Under the pieces are notes generated by a model. The model saw only the letters and a list, made by a program, of their open reading frames with translations. It had not been told where the DNA came from and searched no databases. The position numbers and the translations under genes were made by a program. Shown in pieces: positions 1 to 13,541 of a stretch of 64,000 bases of DNA (within the stretch, counting starts at the first letter, position 1; the number at the start of each line of letters is the position of its first letter). This DNA is from Eledone cirrhosa (Eukaryota): assembly GCA_964016885.1 (NCBI GenBank), contig OZ024744.1, forward strand, positions 62,310,001 through 62,374,000. Reading direction: 5' to 3'.

Positions 1-57
1 ACACACACACACACACACACATATACATATATATATATTACCGTCATTATTGATACA

Positions 58-226
58 GGCGGTGGATTGGCAGTATTGGGAGAGGGTCGGACGCCATGCT
101 TTGACGGCCTTTGCCATTCTGAGTTCAAATCCCGCCGAGGTTAACTTTGCCTTACATACTTACGGGGTCGACAAAATAAAATACCAGTAATGCACTGGGG
201 TCTTGTGCCTAACGTAGAAACAATTA
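58..226 (+). mobile_element. tRNA-derived SINE, family A (Meta-domain-like core)
   Basis: A-box-like TGGCAGTATTGG and B-box GAGTTCAAATCC. Core GCCTT...GGGGTCGA(C/T)AAAATAAA..ACCAG is shared with about 8 other copies in the window. Confidence 0.8.
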
Positions 227-324
227 CTGATACAAGATTACAAGATTATGTCAAATGTTGACTTGAAAGAGTTCGTATAGTTGAAGCCGTTCGTATTACA
301 GTCCAGTATTATTATAATTGCTTT

Positions 325-478
325 CCAGCATAGAGCTATGGCTCTCCACGCTCTGAGCTTAAATCCTGCCGAGATTCAACCTTGCCCTTCATCCCCACGG
401 AGTCAACAAAAGAGAGTACCAGTAATGCGCTGGACCAGTCGCTGGATCCGTGCCAAAAGCAGAAAAATTATTATTATT
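325..478 (+). mobile_element. degenerate SINE family A fragment
   Basis: CTGAGCTTAAATCCTGCCGAG...GCCCTTCATCC...GTACCAGTAATGC aligns to the 58-226 copy. Confidence 0.6.
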
Positions 479-565
479 AAAGTTGTTTTCTTAAGGCCCG
501 GTCGCTGGTGATGGCGACGGCGGTGGTGGTGGTGGAGGTGGTGGTGGCAGTTGATGTTGTTGTGT

Positions 566-596
<31 letters not shown>

Positions 597-657
597 TTTG
601 TTATTTTGAGTTTTTGTTGGTTTGTGATTTGTTTTTGATTTTTTTTTTATCGTTTGA

Positions 658-1726
658 CTAGCATTAAAGCCCGGCGTTGCTCGGGGTCAGTAAGTAACCA
701 AAGTTAGGTTGCACCACCCATTTTATGGCAGCACTTTTTTGTCTGCCAGGCACTGGGTGAATGAGTTGCAGACCTGGACTGCCGAAGCAAGAGCTGTGCC
801 AGCAGTGACAATTGTAGTTTCGCCTATGGATATTATCTCTGTGCAAAGTGTTGAAATTTATTGTTTCACAGTACTTGCGCAACACGCGCGTAGACGATGC
901 CAGCCGAACAACAGAGCTGCGATGGAGTTGTTCTGCATGGTTGTCTAATGCGTGTTTTCTAAATTTAAAACAGTAGGGAGGGGTGAGATAGGGGGGAGAG
1001 TTAGCTGCTGTTTCTAGCAGGTTTAGTGAACCCATAGAGTATATTATTGCCAGCCGAACAACAGACCTGCGATGGAGTTGTTCTGCATGGTTGTCTAATG
1101 TGTGTTTTCTAAATTTAAAACAGTAGGGAGGGGTGAGATATGGGGGAGAGTTAGCTGCTGTTTCTAGAAGGTTTAGTGAACCCATAGAGTATATTATTGT
1201 GTATAGTAAATAAATTGATACTTCTTTCTTCCACGTTCGTTGAGAGATGTTTTTAAAAAGATTTATCGCTGTTTTATTTGTTGTTGAATAAATTTATCTG
1301 TTGCTTTTGAATAATTGTTGTTTCGTATGAAATGTAATAATCTTTGTTGTCATTGAAGTAAATAAATGTTTGACCGTTCCACACTCAAAAACAAACGCGC
1401 GCTCTCTCTCTCTCTCTCTCTCTCCAGCGTTCCTAAAGGAAGTTTGTAAGTTTAAGCGTATATGAGAAAGTTGCATCATGTATGTAGTTTTATCGAATTT
1501 TAAGGGGAGTAGAGAGAGATAAGCAGATTCTATTAGAGGGGTGAAGCGTCATGTATTTAGTTTTATCGATTATTTCCGTAATTGTGGGTGAGTTTAAAAT
1601 AAATAAATAGTCGTTGACCCAAGTTAGACCATTTACAACATTCAGTCGAATCGGTTTGAAATTGTGCAAATGTATAAAATTGAAACATACATACAGACAC
1701 AAAAATCTGCCTTTTATAGATAATGA
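658..1726 (-). mobile_element. non-autonomous Helitron, family H1
   Basis: On the minus strand it starts TCATTATCTATAAAAG and ends with the hairpin CCCGAGCAACGCCGGG followed by CTAG|T. It is homologous to 51030-52512 and has an internal ~150-bp duplication (899-1198). Confidence 0.75.
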
Positions 1727-1880
1727 TGATGATGATGATGCCGCTGGTGTTGCTGTAAATGTTCATTTCAATTCATTCTGAAGCTGTTGTTGCTGTAAAC
1801 ATTAGTGCCGGTGTTGTTGTTGTTGTTGTAGATGTTGGGGTTGAAATCTGGTCGTTTGACTGAGTGATGTATACACACAT

Positions 1881-2487
1881 ATGGTGGCTGCCAACTCGTT
1901 TTCGAGTACGGCCACTACTTTATATCCATGTAGGAGAACTCCTACCGATGCGCTGAATGAGTGACTTTTTAGTCCAGCCACCGACTTGAAAACTCTGGTA
2001 CAAACACTACACTTGTGACAATTATTGACACAGTGCTGGGCCCATGGTACCATGTGACGACAAGTGCAGAGAGATCTCCAGATATAAAGCAATGCCTGTG
2101 CCGTGAAGCTTTTATAGTGAGCAAAGGCACTGCACAAAGCCAGTCCCACTCTCTTAACCAAGATGATATTTACCAAAAAGAAGAAAAAGTCAACATCATT
2201 GGATACCATCAGGGTTGCAGGTGTTATATCAGAGTTTTCCTTCTCCTAGAATTCTGCCTTGACAAAGGCTAAGGGGTCATCTCTCCCAGTGATTTTGGAT
2301 GGCCATTGACTCTTAAGAGCTCCTTTGCCCTTTGACAGGTTTTGTTTTTAGTCCTGCAGGATGTCCAAAGTCACCCTCCTCAACAAGAAACCTTGGTGGG
2401 GTTGCCAGTTTCGTCGCCAACGACCCGACCATGAGACAGGTTGTACTGGGATACATGTTACCAGTAGCACCAACTGGTGACTTGACA
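1881..2487 (-). mobile_element. RTE-derived bipartite non-autonomous retroelement (family B), full length
   Basis: About 607 bp, near-identical to 55196-55804 and 56468-57078. Has an RTE-like 5'UTR motif CTAGGAGAAGGAAAACTCTGA, a C2H2-like remnant CSVCTRVFKSVAGLKSH and a 3' stem-loop GTGGC-CGTA-CTCG-AAAA-CGAG-TTGGCA-GCCAC. Confidence 0.7.
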
Positions 2488-4275
2488 TATGACATATATA
2501 CATACATACATGTATATATACATATACATACATACATATACATGTATACATACATACATGTATACATACATACATACATACATGTATACATACATACATA
2601 CATACATGTATACATACATACATACATACATGTATACATACATACATACATACATGTATACATACATACATACATACATACATACATACATACATACATA
2701 CATACATACATACATACATACATACATACATACATACATACATGTATACATACATACATACATACATGTATACATACATACATACATACATGTATACATA
2801 CATACATACATACATGTATACATACATACATACATACATGTATACATACATACATACATACATGTATACATACATACATACATACATGTATACATACATA
2901 CATACATACATGTATACATACATACATACATACATGTATACATACATACATACATACATGTATACATACATACATACATGTATACATACATACATACATA
3001 CATGTATACATACATACATACATACATGTATATATACATACATACATACATGTATATATACATACATACATACATGTATATATACATACATACATACATG
3101 TATATATACATACATACATACATGTATATATACATACATACATACATGTATATATACATACATACATACATGTATATATACATACATACATACATGTATA
3201 TATACATACATACATACATGTATATATACATACATACATACATACATGTATATATACATACATACATACATGTATATATACATACATACATACATGTATA
3301 TATACATACATACATACATACATGTATATATACATACATACATACATGTATATATACATACATACATACATGTATATATACATACATACATACATGTATA
3401 TATACATACATACATACATGTATATATACATACATACATACATGTATATATACATACATACATACATGTATATATACATACATACATACATGTATATATA
3501 CATACATACATACATGTATATATACATACATACATACATGTATATATACATGTATACATACATGTATATATACATACATACATACATGTATATATACATA
3601 CATACATGTATATATACATACATACATACATGTATATATACATACATACATACATGTATATATACATACATACATACATGTATATATACATACATACATA
3701 CATGTATATATACATACATACATACATGTATATATACATACATACATACATGTATATATACATACATACATACATGTATATATACATACATACATACATG
3801 TATATATACATACATACATACATGTATATATACATACATACATACATATATATATACATACATACATACATATATATATACATACATACATATATATATA
3901 CATACATACATACATATATATATACATACATACATACATGTATATATACATACATACATGTATATATACATACATACATATATATATACATACATACATA
4001 TATATATACATACATACATACATACATGTATATATACATACATACATACATACATGTATATATACATACATATATACATACATGTATATATACATACATG
4101 TATATATACATACATGTATATATACATACATGTATATATACATACATGTATATATATACATATTCAAGTATGTATGCATTCATATATATGTACATATGTA
4201 TATACACATATGCACATACATATATATACATATGTGTATACACATACATATATACACATACATATATATACATAT
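2488..4275. repeat. (TACA)n/(TA)n microsatellite with a 24-bp higher-order unit
   Basis: Read directly. The periodic CATG variant gives the 8-aa [16 protein letters not shown] periodicity seen in the ORF track. Confidence 0.95.
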
Positions 4276-4545
4276 CAAAGGTATATATTGAGTTAGGAAC
4301 TCAAAATAGTCTCTTACAATAAAATAGCTCTAAGAAAGAGATTTTTCCGAGCCGTATATTATTACATATATACATATGTGTATGGTCCCATAACTCCTGT
4401 GCCATATTGACATACAGCGTTTCTTTGGCATTTTAAGTTTGGCAGAGCCCATCCCTCTCCAGGTCCGAGTACAGCAGATTTCTTCCAGAGAAAGATAGAA
4501 AGTGAGAGAGAGAGGAAATGAGAAAGAGATATAGAGGAAGAATCC

Positions 4546-4707
4546 ACCCCAGTACAAGACTGGTACTTTTTTTATCGACCTTGAAAGGATGAAAGAATGA
4601 AAGGCAAAATTGACCTTGGCAGGATTTGAACTCAGAGAGCAGAGAGCTGGAACAAATACTATAAAGCATCCTATCCGACGTTCTGATAACACTGCCAATT
4701 CGCCGCC
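4546..4707 (-). mobile_element. SINE family A
   Basis: The reverse complement carries the GGCGGCGAATTGGCAG head, GAGTTCAAATCC and the GTCGATAAAAAAAGTACCAG core. Confidence 0.75.
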
Positions 4708-4761
4708 TACATAGTGGTTAGAGCATTGGGCTTGCAATCAAAAGGTTGTGAGTTCAATTCA

Positions 4762-5630
4762 ATATATATACATATATACACACACATACACACCCACATA
4801 CATATACACACATACATATACACACATACACACATATATATATACACACATATGCATACATATATATACACACACACATACAGACATACATATACATACA
4901 TACATACATACATACACAAACATACATACATACACATACATACATACATATACATACATATACATACATATACATACATACACATACATACACACATACA
5001 TATACATACATATATATACACACACATATACATACATATATATACACACATATACATACATATATATACACACATATACATACATATATATATACACATA
5101 TACATACATATATATACACACATATATATACACATATACATACATATATATACACATATACATACATATATATACACATATACATACACACATATACACA
5201 CATACACACACATATATATACACACATACATACACACATATATATACACATATACATACATATATATACACACATATACATACATATATATACACACATA
5301 TACATACATATATATACACACATATACATACATATATATACACACATATACATACATATATATACACACATACATACACACATATATACACACATACATA
5401 CACACATATACATACATATATATACACACATATACATACATATATATATACACACATATACATACATATATATACACACATATACATACATATATATACA
5501 CACATACATACACATATATACACATACATACACATATATACACACATACATACACACACATACACGTGTGTATGTACACACACACATATATACATACATA
5601 TATATATGTATACATACACACACACACATA
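4762..5630. repeat. (TA/CA/TACA)n compound microsatellite
   Basis: Read directly. Confidence 0.95.
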
Positions 5631-6703
5631 TAGCGAGAGGGAGAGCAGTGTAAGCCATGTACAGAGGAGCTGTCAGTAAAGTGAGAATAGGAAGTGAGTT
5701 TAGTGAGGAATGCAAGATACAGGTAGGAGTTCATCAGGGTTCAGTTCTTAGCCCATAATGGTTCTCCTGGTTATAACAAAGGAGTTTATGACTGGCTGTC
5801 CATGGGAACTTTTCTGTGCAGATGATCTGGTAGATGAATCCATTAAAGAACTAGAAAATAACAGGATTTAGAATCAAAAGGTCCGAGTTAACTTGGCCTA
5901 AACTAAAGTGTTCAGGAGTAGGAAAGGAGATAGGACCCTGATTCCTTCAGGCAAGTGGCCTTGCTCAACATGTAGAAAGGGAGTAGGCATAAACTCCATT
6001 CGATGTATACAATGTAAATCTTCAGTAAACAAGGGATCATCATCATCATCATCATCACCGTTTAATGTCCACTTTCACATGTTAGCATGGTTGAGATAAT
6101 GGATAGACTAACAGGAAGGGATGACTGATTGTAGAAGATGCACAATGGTAACCAAGAGGAACAGAACCAGTGATGTAAAACTATTTCAGTCACAGGAAGG
6201 ACCCATAGAAGTGGTAGATAGCTTCTGCTATCTGGGTGACATAATTAGCAATGGAGGAGAGCGCTCTGAGAGGATAATAGCAAGCATAAAGATAGGATGG
6301 AAAAAGTTTAGAGAGCTACTCCCACTGTTGACCACAATGATTTCTCCCTACGTACAAAAGGACGACTGTATGACAGCTGTGAGCGAAGTGTGATGCTGCA
6401 TGGTCGTGAAACATAGGCTGTGACTGAAGGACATTGCGTAGACTGGAGAGAAATGAAACACCCATGCTCCTTTGATGTGGAATGTATCTTTGAGAGAGAA
6501 GCAGAGCTTGGTCGAGTTGAAGATGGGGTTTAAGAGGAATCTGAGGTGGTGTGCAGGAGAGAAGACTGCGCTGGTTTCAACATGTGATTCACATGGACAA
6601 TGATTGTTGGGTGAAGAAACGCCAGGAAATGCCAGTGGAAGGAAGTCACAGTAAAGGTAGACCAAGAAAGACCTGGGCAGAGGTTGTGAGAGCTGGCCTC
6701 AAA
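5631..6703 (+). mobile_element. degraded, 5'-truncated RTE-clade LINE
   Basis: Fragments [37 protein letters not shown] and QERRLRWFQHV, with frameshifts and stops. Homologous to 19940-21745. Confidence 0.85.
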
Positions 6704-7119
6704 TCACAGACTCACATATATACCTATATATACCATCTACACATATATACAAATACACATATACACGCACACATATACATATATATACACAGATATACAG
6801 ATATACATACAGATATACATATACATACACACTCGCACACAGCCACACATCTGGCCATCTCACTTAAGTTTTGAAAATCATGAAACTATGAAACCGGTAA
6901 AGTTACTAAAATTTGCATATTCAACTTCCCACCACCACCACACACATACACAACGGGCTTCACCAGCTAGTGTCTACAGAATTTCAGCCACAAGGCATTA
7001 TTAGCCCAGGCCTATAGTGGAAGACAAGATGTCACCACAGGAATTAACCCAAAACCCAGTGGCTGCAAAGGTGACTCCTTAATTACACAGCTATGCTTCA
7101 TTATTTCAGGTGTTTTTCT

Positions 7120-7120
<1 letters not shown>

Positions 7121-7177
<57 letters not shown>

Positions 7178-7193
7178 GAGAGAGAGAGAGGAA

Positions 7194-7224
<31 letters not shown>

Positions 7225-7455
7225 AGAAAAAGAAAGAGAGGAAAGAGAGAGAGAAAGAAAGAGGGAAAGAAGAAAACGAAAAAGAAAAAGAAAGAGAGAG
7301 AAGAAAAAGAAAGAGAGAGAAGAAAAAGAAAGAAAGAGAAGAAAAGGAAAGAGAGAGAGAGAAGAAAAAGAAAGAGAGAGAGAAGAAAAAGAAAGAGAGA
7401 AAAGAAAAAGAAAGAGAGAGAAAAGAAAAAGAGAGGGAGAGAGAGAGAGAGGAAA
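7121..7455. repeat. (GA)/(GAAA) polypurine tract
   Basis: Read directly. Confidence 0.9.
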
Positions 7456-7681
7456 GCCTGGTGATTTCTTTTGAATGAAAGTTCTAGTCTTGTAGAAACC
7501 ATTTCTATATTAAACTTGATGTTTGCGCGCTACAAATGTATTGAGTACCTTACTAACTATGGTTACCCCCGATTGAACCCAGGACTCTTATATAGCCGAA
7601 TGGATGGCTGGAACAGGTAAAAGTGTAAAAGAATATACAATGATATTAAATAAATGGAAACTATATTTATAAAACCATATT

Positions 7682-7745
7682 TATTTTATTATATATATGT
7701 CAAGGGTACCAAGACGAGATTGGTACGCTTTCATCAGATAAAATA
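7682..7745 (-). ncRNA. hammerhead ribozyme-like motif, probably inactivated (GAAA to GACA)
   Basis: Minus strand reads UAUUUUAU-CUGAUGA-AAG C GUACCAA(loop)UUGGUAC C CUU-GAC-AUAUAUAU-A-AUAAAAUA. Its 3' flank is the same as that of the 27889-27951 motif. Confidence 0.6.
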
Positions 7746-7769
7746 CAAAGTTTGTTTTATCTGATGAGG

Positions 7770-10250
7770 CCCAAATCTTTGCCCAGTACACCGGCCCCAC
7801 ACCCGAACTGTACAGTCGTTACATCGACGACTGTATTGGAGCCACGACCCTCACCCGAGAACATCTCAACTCCTTTCTCTCCTACTCCTTCCACCCTTCC
7901 CTCCACTTCACCACCTCTATCTCCACCACCCACGTCCACTTCTTAGACATCTCCGTCGCCTTCGACCCCTCCCACCACTCCCTCGTCACCTCCGCCTTCT
8001 TCAAACCCACCGACTCCCACCTCGACTTCACCCCTTCCCACCCTACACACACTAAACACTATTCCCTACTCCCAAGGATCCGCTGCCTCTGTAGCCAAGA
8101 TGCTGACTTTGAGTCCCAGGCCCTTTCCCTAGTCAGCCATTTCATCCGCAGAGGTTAACCCCCTCTCTCGTCCACACCGCTCTCACCCGCGCCCGTGCTG
8201 TCCACCGCTCCACCACCCTCATCCCACCGCACACCCACCCACCGTCTCCCCTTCCACATCACCTACCACCCCTCCACCATACCATCCTCCGCCTCCAGTC
8301 CGACCCCTCCACCTCCCACATCTTCCCAGCCCCACCACTCCCCTCCTTCAAATGCGCACGCAATCCCCGCACCCTCCTCGTCCACAGCTCCCTACCCCCA
8401 ACCCACACTCTCCGCCTCCCACTGGTTCCCTTCCCTGTTCCAGGCCCCGTTGCAACACCTGTCCCCACATCACCAACACCACCACCTTCCAGGGTCCCAA
8501 CAGCCACTCTCTCTCTCTGTCCGGCATGCCTTCCGCTGCACCTCCTCCAACCTAGTCTACGGACTTCGCTGCACGGAGTGCAGCGCAACCTACGTCGGAC
8601 AGACTGGACGTCACCTGGCGGACCGGTTTACCGAACACCTCCGAGATATTCGTCTCGGTGGTAGTTCCCCCATCGCCCGCCACTTTGGTGCCCCTGGACA
8701 TTCCGCACACCACCTCACAGTCTGTGGCCTACTCCAATGCCACAGAACACCCGCCACTCTCCTCAGGGTCAAACAACGAACCATCTTCACCCTACAGACC
8801 CACACTCCCCCCGGCCTGAACACCCCACCCTTATTCCTTTAGCCTTCGACCGCCCCCCCTCCCACCACACATATCCCCCACTAACACCACCAATACCCCT
8901 CCTTTTCACCGCCCACCCCACAACTAACAATATTAACACCTCCACCCCACACCCGACCACCCTTCCCCATCTAACATACTAACATCCTTCCCTTCTCCCC
9001 CCTCCCCTTATCACACGCACCCACCCACCGGTACATATATACACGCGCTCACACTAAACACACCCTACTACCACCACTAACCCTCACCCCCACACATCCA
9101 CCCCACAACTAACATCACTAACACCCCCCGACCCCACGCACACGAACACACACACCCACCACTCACACGCATTCAACCCTTTCCCCACCACCAGTATACT
9201 AACACCCACTTCACCACACACACACTCATCCAAACACGCACACACACACCAGTACACTACACTCCCTCCACCGGCCCCCACACCCTTCTCTCCCTGCTCC
9301 ACCCACACCCTTTCTCACACACACACACATCCCACTAACACCTCTACTAATACACCCCCCCTCCCACACTCCAACTTTCACACCCACCCATCGTCTCCTC
9401 TGTCCACCGCACCTCCACACACACTGACTTTCTTCACTTACCATTCTATCCGACTGCTGCTATGCCCTTATTTCTGACCACCTCCTCGCACACACAGACA
9501 CACAACCCTCCTCCTGCCTTGACCCTCTGACCACTTCCTGTTGCGCGCACACGCCACATCTCCCCCTCTTCCGACCAACCCACCATGGATTACACATATG
9601 TGAACATCGATCCCTAGAATCCACCACATCCCAAGGATATTACCCAGCATTCCACCACATCCTCTACGGAACTACCTTAAGGACTCACCCACTGACATAC
9701 ACTCAAAAACATTTTTTTCCCACACGCCACCTACATCCACAACACGCATAAACACCACACACGTGCGTACCACCACATATTTACACACTCAGCCTCCGGA
9801 ATCCTCTCCTCCCACCCCTCCCCATCCACACACCCGACCTACACCCCACCTCTTCCTGAACATGCAACCCCATTCTTCCCCCAACTCTTACTTTCACATA
9901 CACACACCACCTTCAGCCCTCCCCGCTCGGACACCCCGCCTCCCTCTCCCCACTCCACCACCCCTACACGCCCCACAACATTCCACCACCTGTTTTACTT
10001 CATGTTTATTTTTATTATGCTTTTATATTTTATTTCATTTGTACCGTTTCCTCTCACCCTCTTTTTTCTATATGTCTCTCCACCACTCCCCTACACACCC
10101 TTGGAACTCTCTTACCACACACTTTTCACCTGAAGAAGGGCTTATGCCTGAAACGTCGTTCCCCACCACCACCCCACTCTCAAGAGCGTGAAACTAATAA
10201 ACCTTTGTTCGTACTGCCTCTCTGTTTTGTTCCCGTTCAATTTTTTACTA
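7770..10250 (+). mobile_element. 5'-truncated Penelope-like element (Neptune-like), frameshifted RT plus GIY-YIG endonuclease
   Basis: YSRYIDDCIG...FLDISV...FKPTDSH...SHP (RT/thumb), PCSRPRCNTC linker, NLVYGLRC..CSATYVGQTGR.L..RFTEH...ARHF...PGLN (GIY-YIG), then a C-rich 3' region and a (TA)n flank. Confidence 0.85.
10130..10160 (+). ncRNA. minimal hammerhead-like motif in the PLE 3' region
   Basis: CUGAAGA-AGG(GCUUAUG)CCU-GAAAC-GUC. Helix I is poorly supported. Confidence 0.5.
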
Positions 10251-10390
10251 AATATATTATATATATATTATATATATATAATATATATATATAATATATA
10301 TATAGTAATAATAATAAATTTGAAGACTAAAATCCAAAGAGAGCTCGATAAGGATAAATATATATCAAATATATAAGAACCGTAGAGCAA

Positions 10391-13300
10391 ATATTTATTA
10401 AAATAACAGATTAAAGTTTAAGCAAAGAATCGCTGCTTTCACCCTTAACGGGATCTTCTGAAACTAACAAACTCAATCTGTAAACGCAGAACTGGATATT
10501 TCAAAAAACGTTGCAACCGGAGGAAGACAGGAAGACGATACTTTGGTTCGTGGAAACGTTCGCTGGCTAAGAACGGGAAAAAACGAATATAATACGTCAT
10601 TAATAGGAGCGGTGAAAGACAATTACGCACAAAGACAGAACCACGTTTATGGTATAAAAGAGGTCGTAGACTAATGTTCTCTTAGGTGGTGCATAGAGAC
10701 GTTCTCTGGCAATGAACGAAAAAAACGAAGATAGCTGGGTTTAAAATCACATCTGATCTCAACATCCTGGACCGGACTGAACCTCTGGACCCTATTTCTC
10801 CCCACTTTACCCTGAAGGATCACAAATCCAATTTTCCGAACAACCCCTCTATTCGGCTTATTAACCCTACGAAGTCCGATTTAGGTAGACTGAGTAACAC
10901 GATTCTTGATAGAATTATACCTGAAATTAGAAGTTTGGCCCCTCTTGCACTGTGGAACAATTCCTTCGCGGTGATTGATTGGTTCAACGGCATATGTAAC
11001 AAGGAACATTGCCGTTTTATCCAATTCGACATCAACAATTACTACTCCTCCATCACTTTACCACTTCTCCTTAGAGCTATCAATTTCGCTAAAACACTCA
11101 GTGGTTAAGGATTTCGAAGTTGATATCATCCTCAATGCCCGTAAGTCGGTGATTAATTTCAACGACTATTTGGATTAAAAAATCCAATAGTACCCCATTC
11201 GACGTGAGTATGGGCGCCAGTGATTCTGCGGAGGTTACTGATCTTATCGGCCTTTTCCTTCTTTTCTCTATCAAGGACGAATTCCCCAACGCGGGCAGTG
11301 GTTTGTACCGTGACGATGGTCTTTTGACCATGACTAAGTGCGGACCTCGTGCTTGCGACAGGTTCAGAAAAGAAATCACAGCCTTCTTTAAAGGCTTCAA
11401 CCTCTCTATACAGGTTGAGGCCAATCTCTCGGTTGTTAATTACCTCGACGTTACCCTCAACTTATTGAATGGGTTGTATTACCCGTAGAGAAAGCTGAAT
11501 GATACGCTTAATTACATAAGTAAGCATTCCAACCATCCTGCCAGCATAACCAAGAACCTGGTAAGAAACATTTCGTTGAGGCTTTCCCGTCTTTCCACCA
11601 ACGAGCGTATTTTCAACGACCATTCCACTTATTACAATAAAGTTCTTGCTCGAAGTGGATTTGTCGATAAGGTAGCATATACAGAGTACGAAAATAGACC
11701 TAGAAGAAATAGATCCCGTCGTATTTGTTGGTTTAACCCACCATATAATATGGAGGTGGCCACACCATTAGCTAAGATCTTTCTTTCCCTTATTACGAAG
11801 CATTTTCCCCTACACATAAATATAGTAAAATTTTTAATAGAAATACTATTAAAATTTCTTACTCTACGACTCCTAACCTTGCACATAATATCACAGCTTC
11901 AAATTTAGCTAAACTACCTAGCCGTAGGAACACGTGCAACCCTGTAGTTAGTACTAACTGTAATTGTAGGAATCGGGTTGATTGCCCCCTATCCGGGAAA
12001 TGCCTCTCTAGTAACATTGTCTACAAATGTAAGGTTGTAACACCCACGTCCCGTAGGGCCTACATAGGGTTAACTGCCAATAGATTCAAGCAGCGTCTTT
12101 ACATGCATACCCATTCTTTTCGTTACCCTCTAAGAAGGAATATGACGTCACTTTCAGCTTATATCTGGAGTCTAAAAGACAACCACACCCAATATAAGTT
12201 ACACTGGGAGATCCTAGCTAGGGCTAGATCGTATAACGGAAATAAAAGACCATGTGACCTCTGCGCCGCTGAGTCCCTGGAAATACTCTACGCCACAGAC
12301 CACATCTTAAACAAAAAATCTGAGGCAATTTCGGATTGTAAACATAAATTCCACAAAACTTTCCTGTATTACAGCCCCACGTTATACCCTAACGGATAGT
12401 ATGATCTATACGTGGATATTTTACGTCTCGATGTGGGAGTTAAGTATGTTTTGTTTATACCTTTACTTATTTGCATAGGTAAGTATATATTATCCGTATG
12501 TTTTGTGAATGTCCGTATACCTTCTCGTACGTATATTTGATTGTTATGGCATATACATTTTTTTATATATTCTGGTATATATGGTTCGGCTATGTATATA
12601 CGGGAGTTTTGCGTCTGTGTGAGTATGCAGGTTCGTACGTATGTAGGGCGTGTTTATATGTGTACTTCATGTTTTGGTTGACTTACGTCTCCGAACATTC
12701 GTGTATTTACATGTAGGTATGTGTGTGCGCTCGTTATATACGTATTTATTTATTTATATACGTTTATATAATTATTTATTTATTTGTATACACGCTTACA
12801 CACACACACATATTTATATGTGCGTGGTTTTGTTTACCTATGGTAAGTTTTTGCGTATGCTTGTGTATGTACGTATTTATTTGCGTGTATGTATTTATTT
12901 CTATTACTTCTGTATTGTATTTATTTACTTTGTTCTTAACTCTGTAGTGGAGATTCATTCGGTCTCCTAGTTAGAATTTAGTCTAAGACTTCTGCTATAC
13001 GATTTACGTGGTTTTGTCTTTGCGTGCAATTGTTCTCCACGCTCCACATATGACGTATTATCTTCGTTTTTTTTCGTTCATTGCCAGAGAACGTCTCTAT
13101 GCACCACCTAAGAGAACATTAGTCTACGACCTCTTTTATACCATGAACGTGGTTCTGTCTTTGCGCGTAATTGTCTTTCACCACTCCTATTAATGACGTA
13201 TTATATTCGTTTTTTCCCGTTCTTAGCCAGCGAACGTTTCCACGAACCAAAGTATCGTCTTCCTGTCTTCCTCCGGTTGCAACGTTTTTTGAAATATCCA

Positions 13301-13402
13301 GTTCTGCGTTTACAGATTGAGTTTGTTTGTTTCAGAAGATCCCGTTAAGGGTGAACGCAGCGATTCTTTGCTTAAACTTTAATCTGTTATTTTAATAAAT
13401 AT
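10391..13402 (+). mobile_element. Penelope-like element (C-terminal GIY-YIG, CxC linker; possibly Hydra clade) with an inverted 5' pseudo-LTR
   Basis: TLKDHK...RLINP.KS, FDI..YY.SI, MGASDSAEV, GLYRDDGL, CNCRNRVDCPLSGKCL..NIVY...YIGLT and CDLC..E...LNKK.E, with stops and frameshifts. 10391-10733 is the reverse complement of 13059-13402. (TA)n lies on both sides. Confidence 0.85.
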
Positions 13403-13506
13403 AATATATATATATATAATATATATATAATATATATATAATATATATATAATATAATATATATATAATATATATATAATATATATATATAATATAATAT
13501 ATATAT

Positions 13507-13540
<34 letters not shown>

Positions 13541-13541
<1 letters not shown>

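Noticed and set aside
4708-4760. tRNA gene (also about 31820-31860 and 54125-54195)
   Set aside because: These are SINE heads with A/B boxes but no complete cloverleaf or acceptor stem.
2313-5734. Long Y/I/H/T/M/C/V-rich ORFs (also at 17128-25458, 44303-44883 and 55594-58413)
   Set aside because: They are stop-free translations of TA/TACA microsatellites, open in several frames, and are not genes.
10740-12399. Selenocysteine-recoded PLE ORF
   Set aside because: The interruptions seen are TAG/TAA stops and frameshifts, not UGA at cysteine positions.
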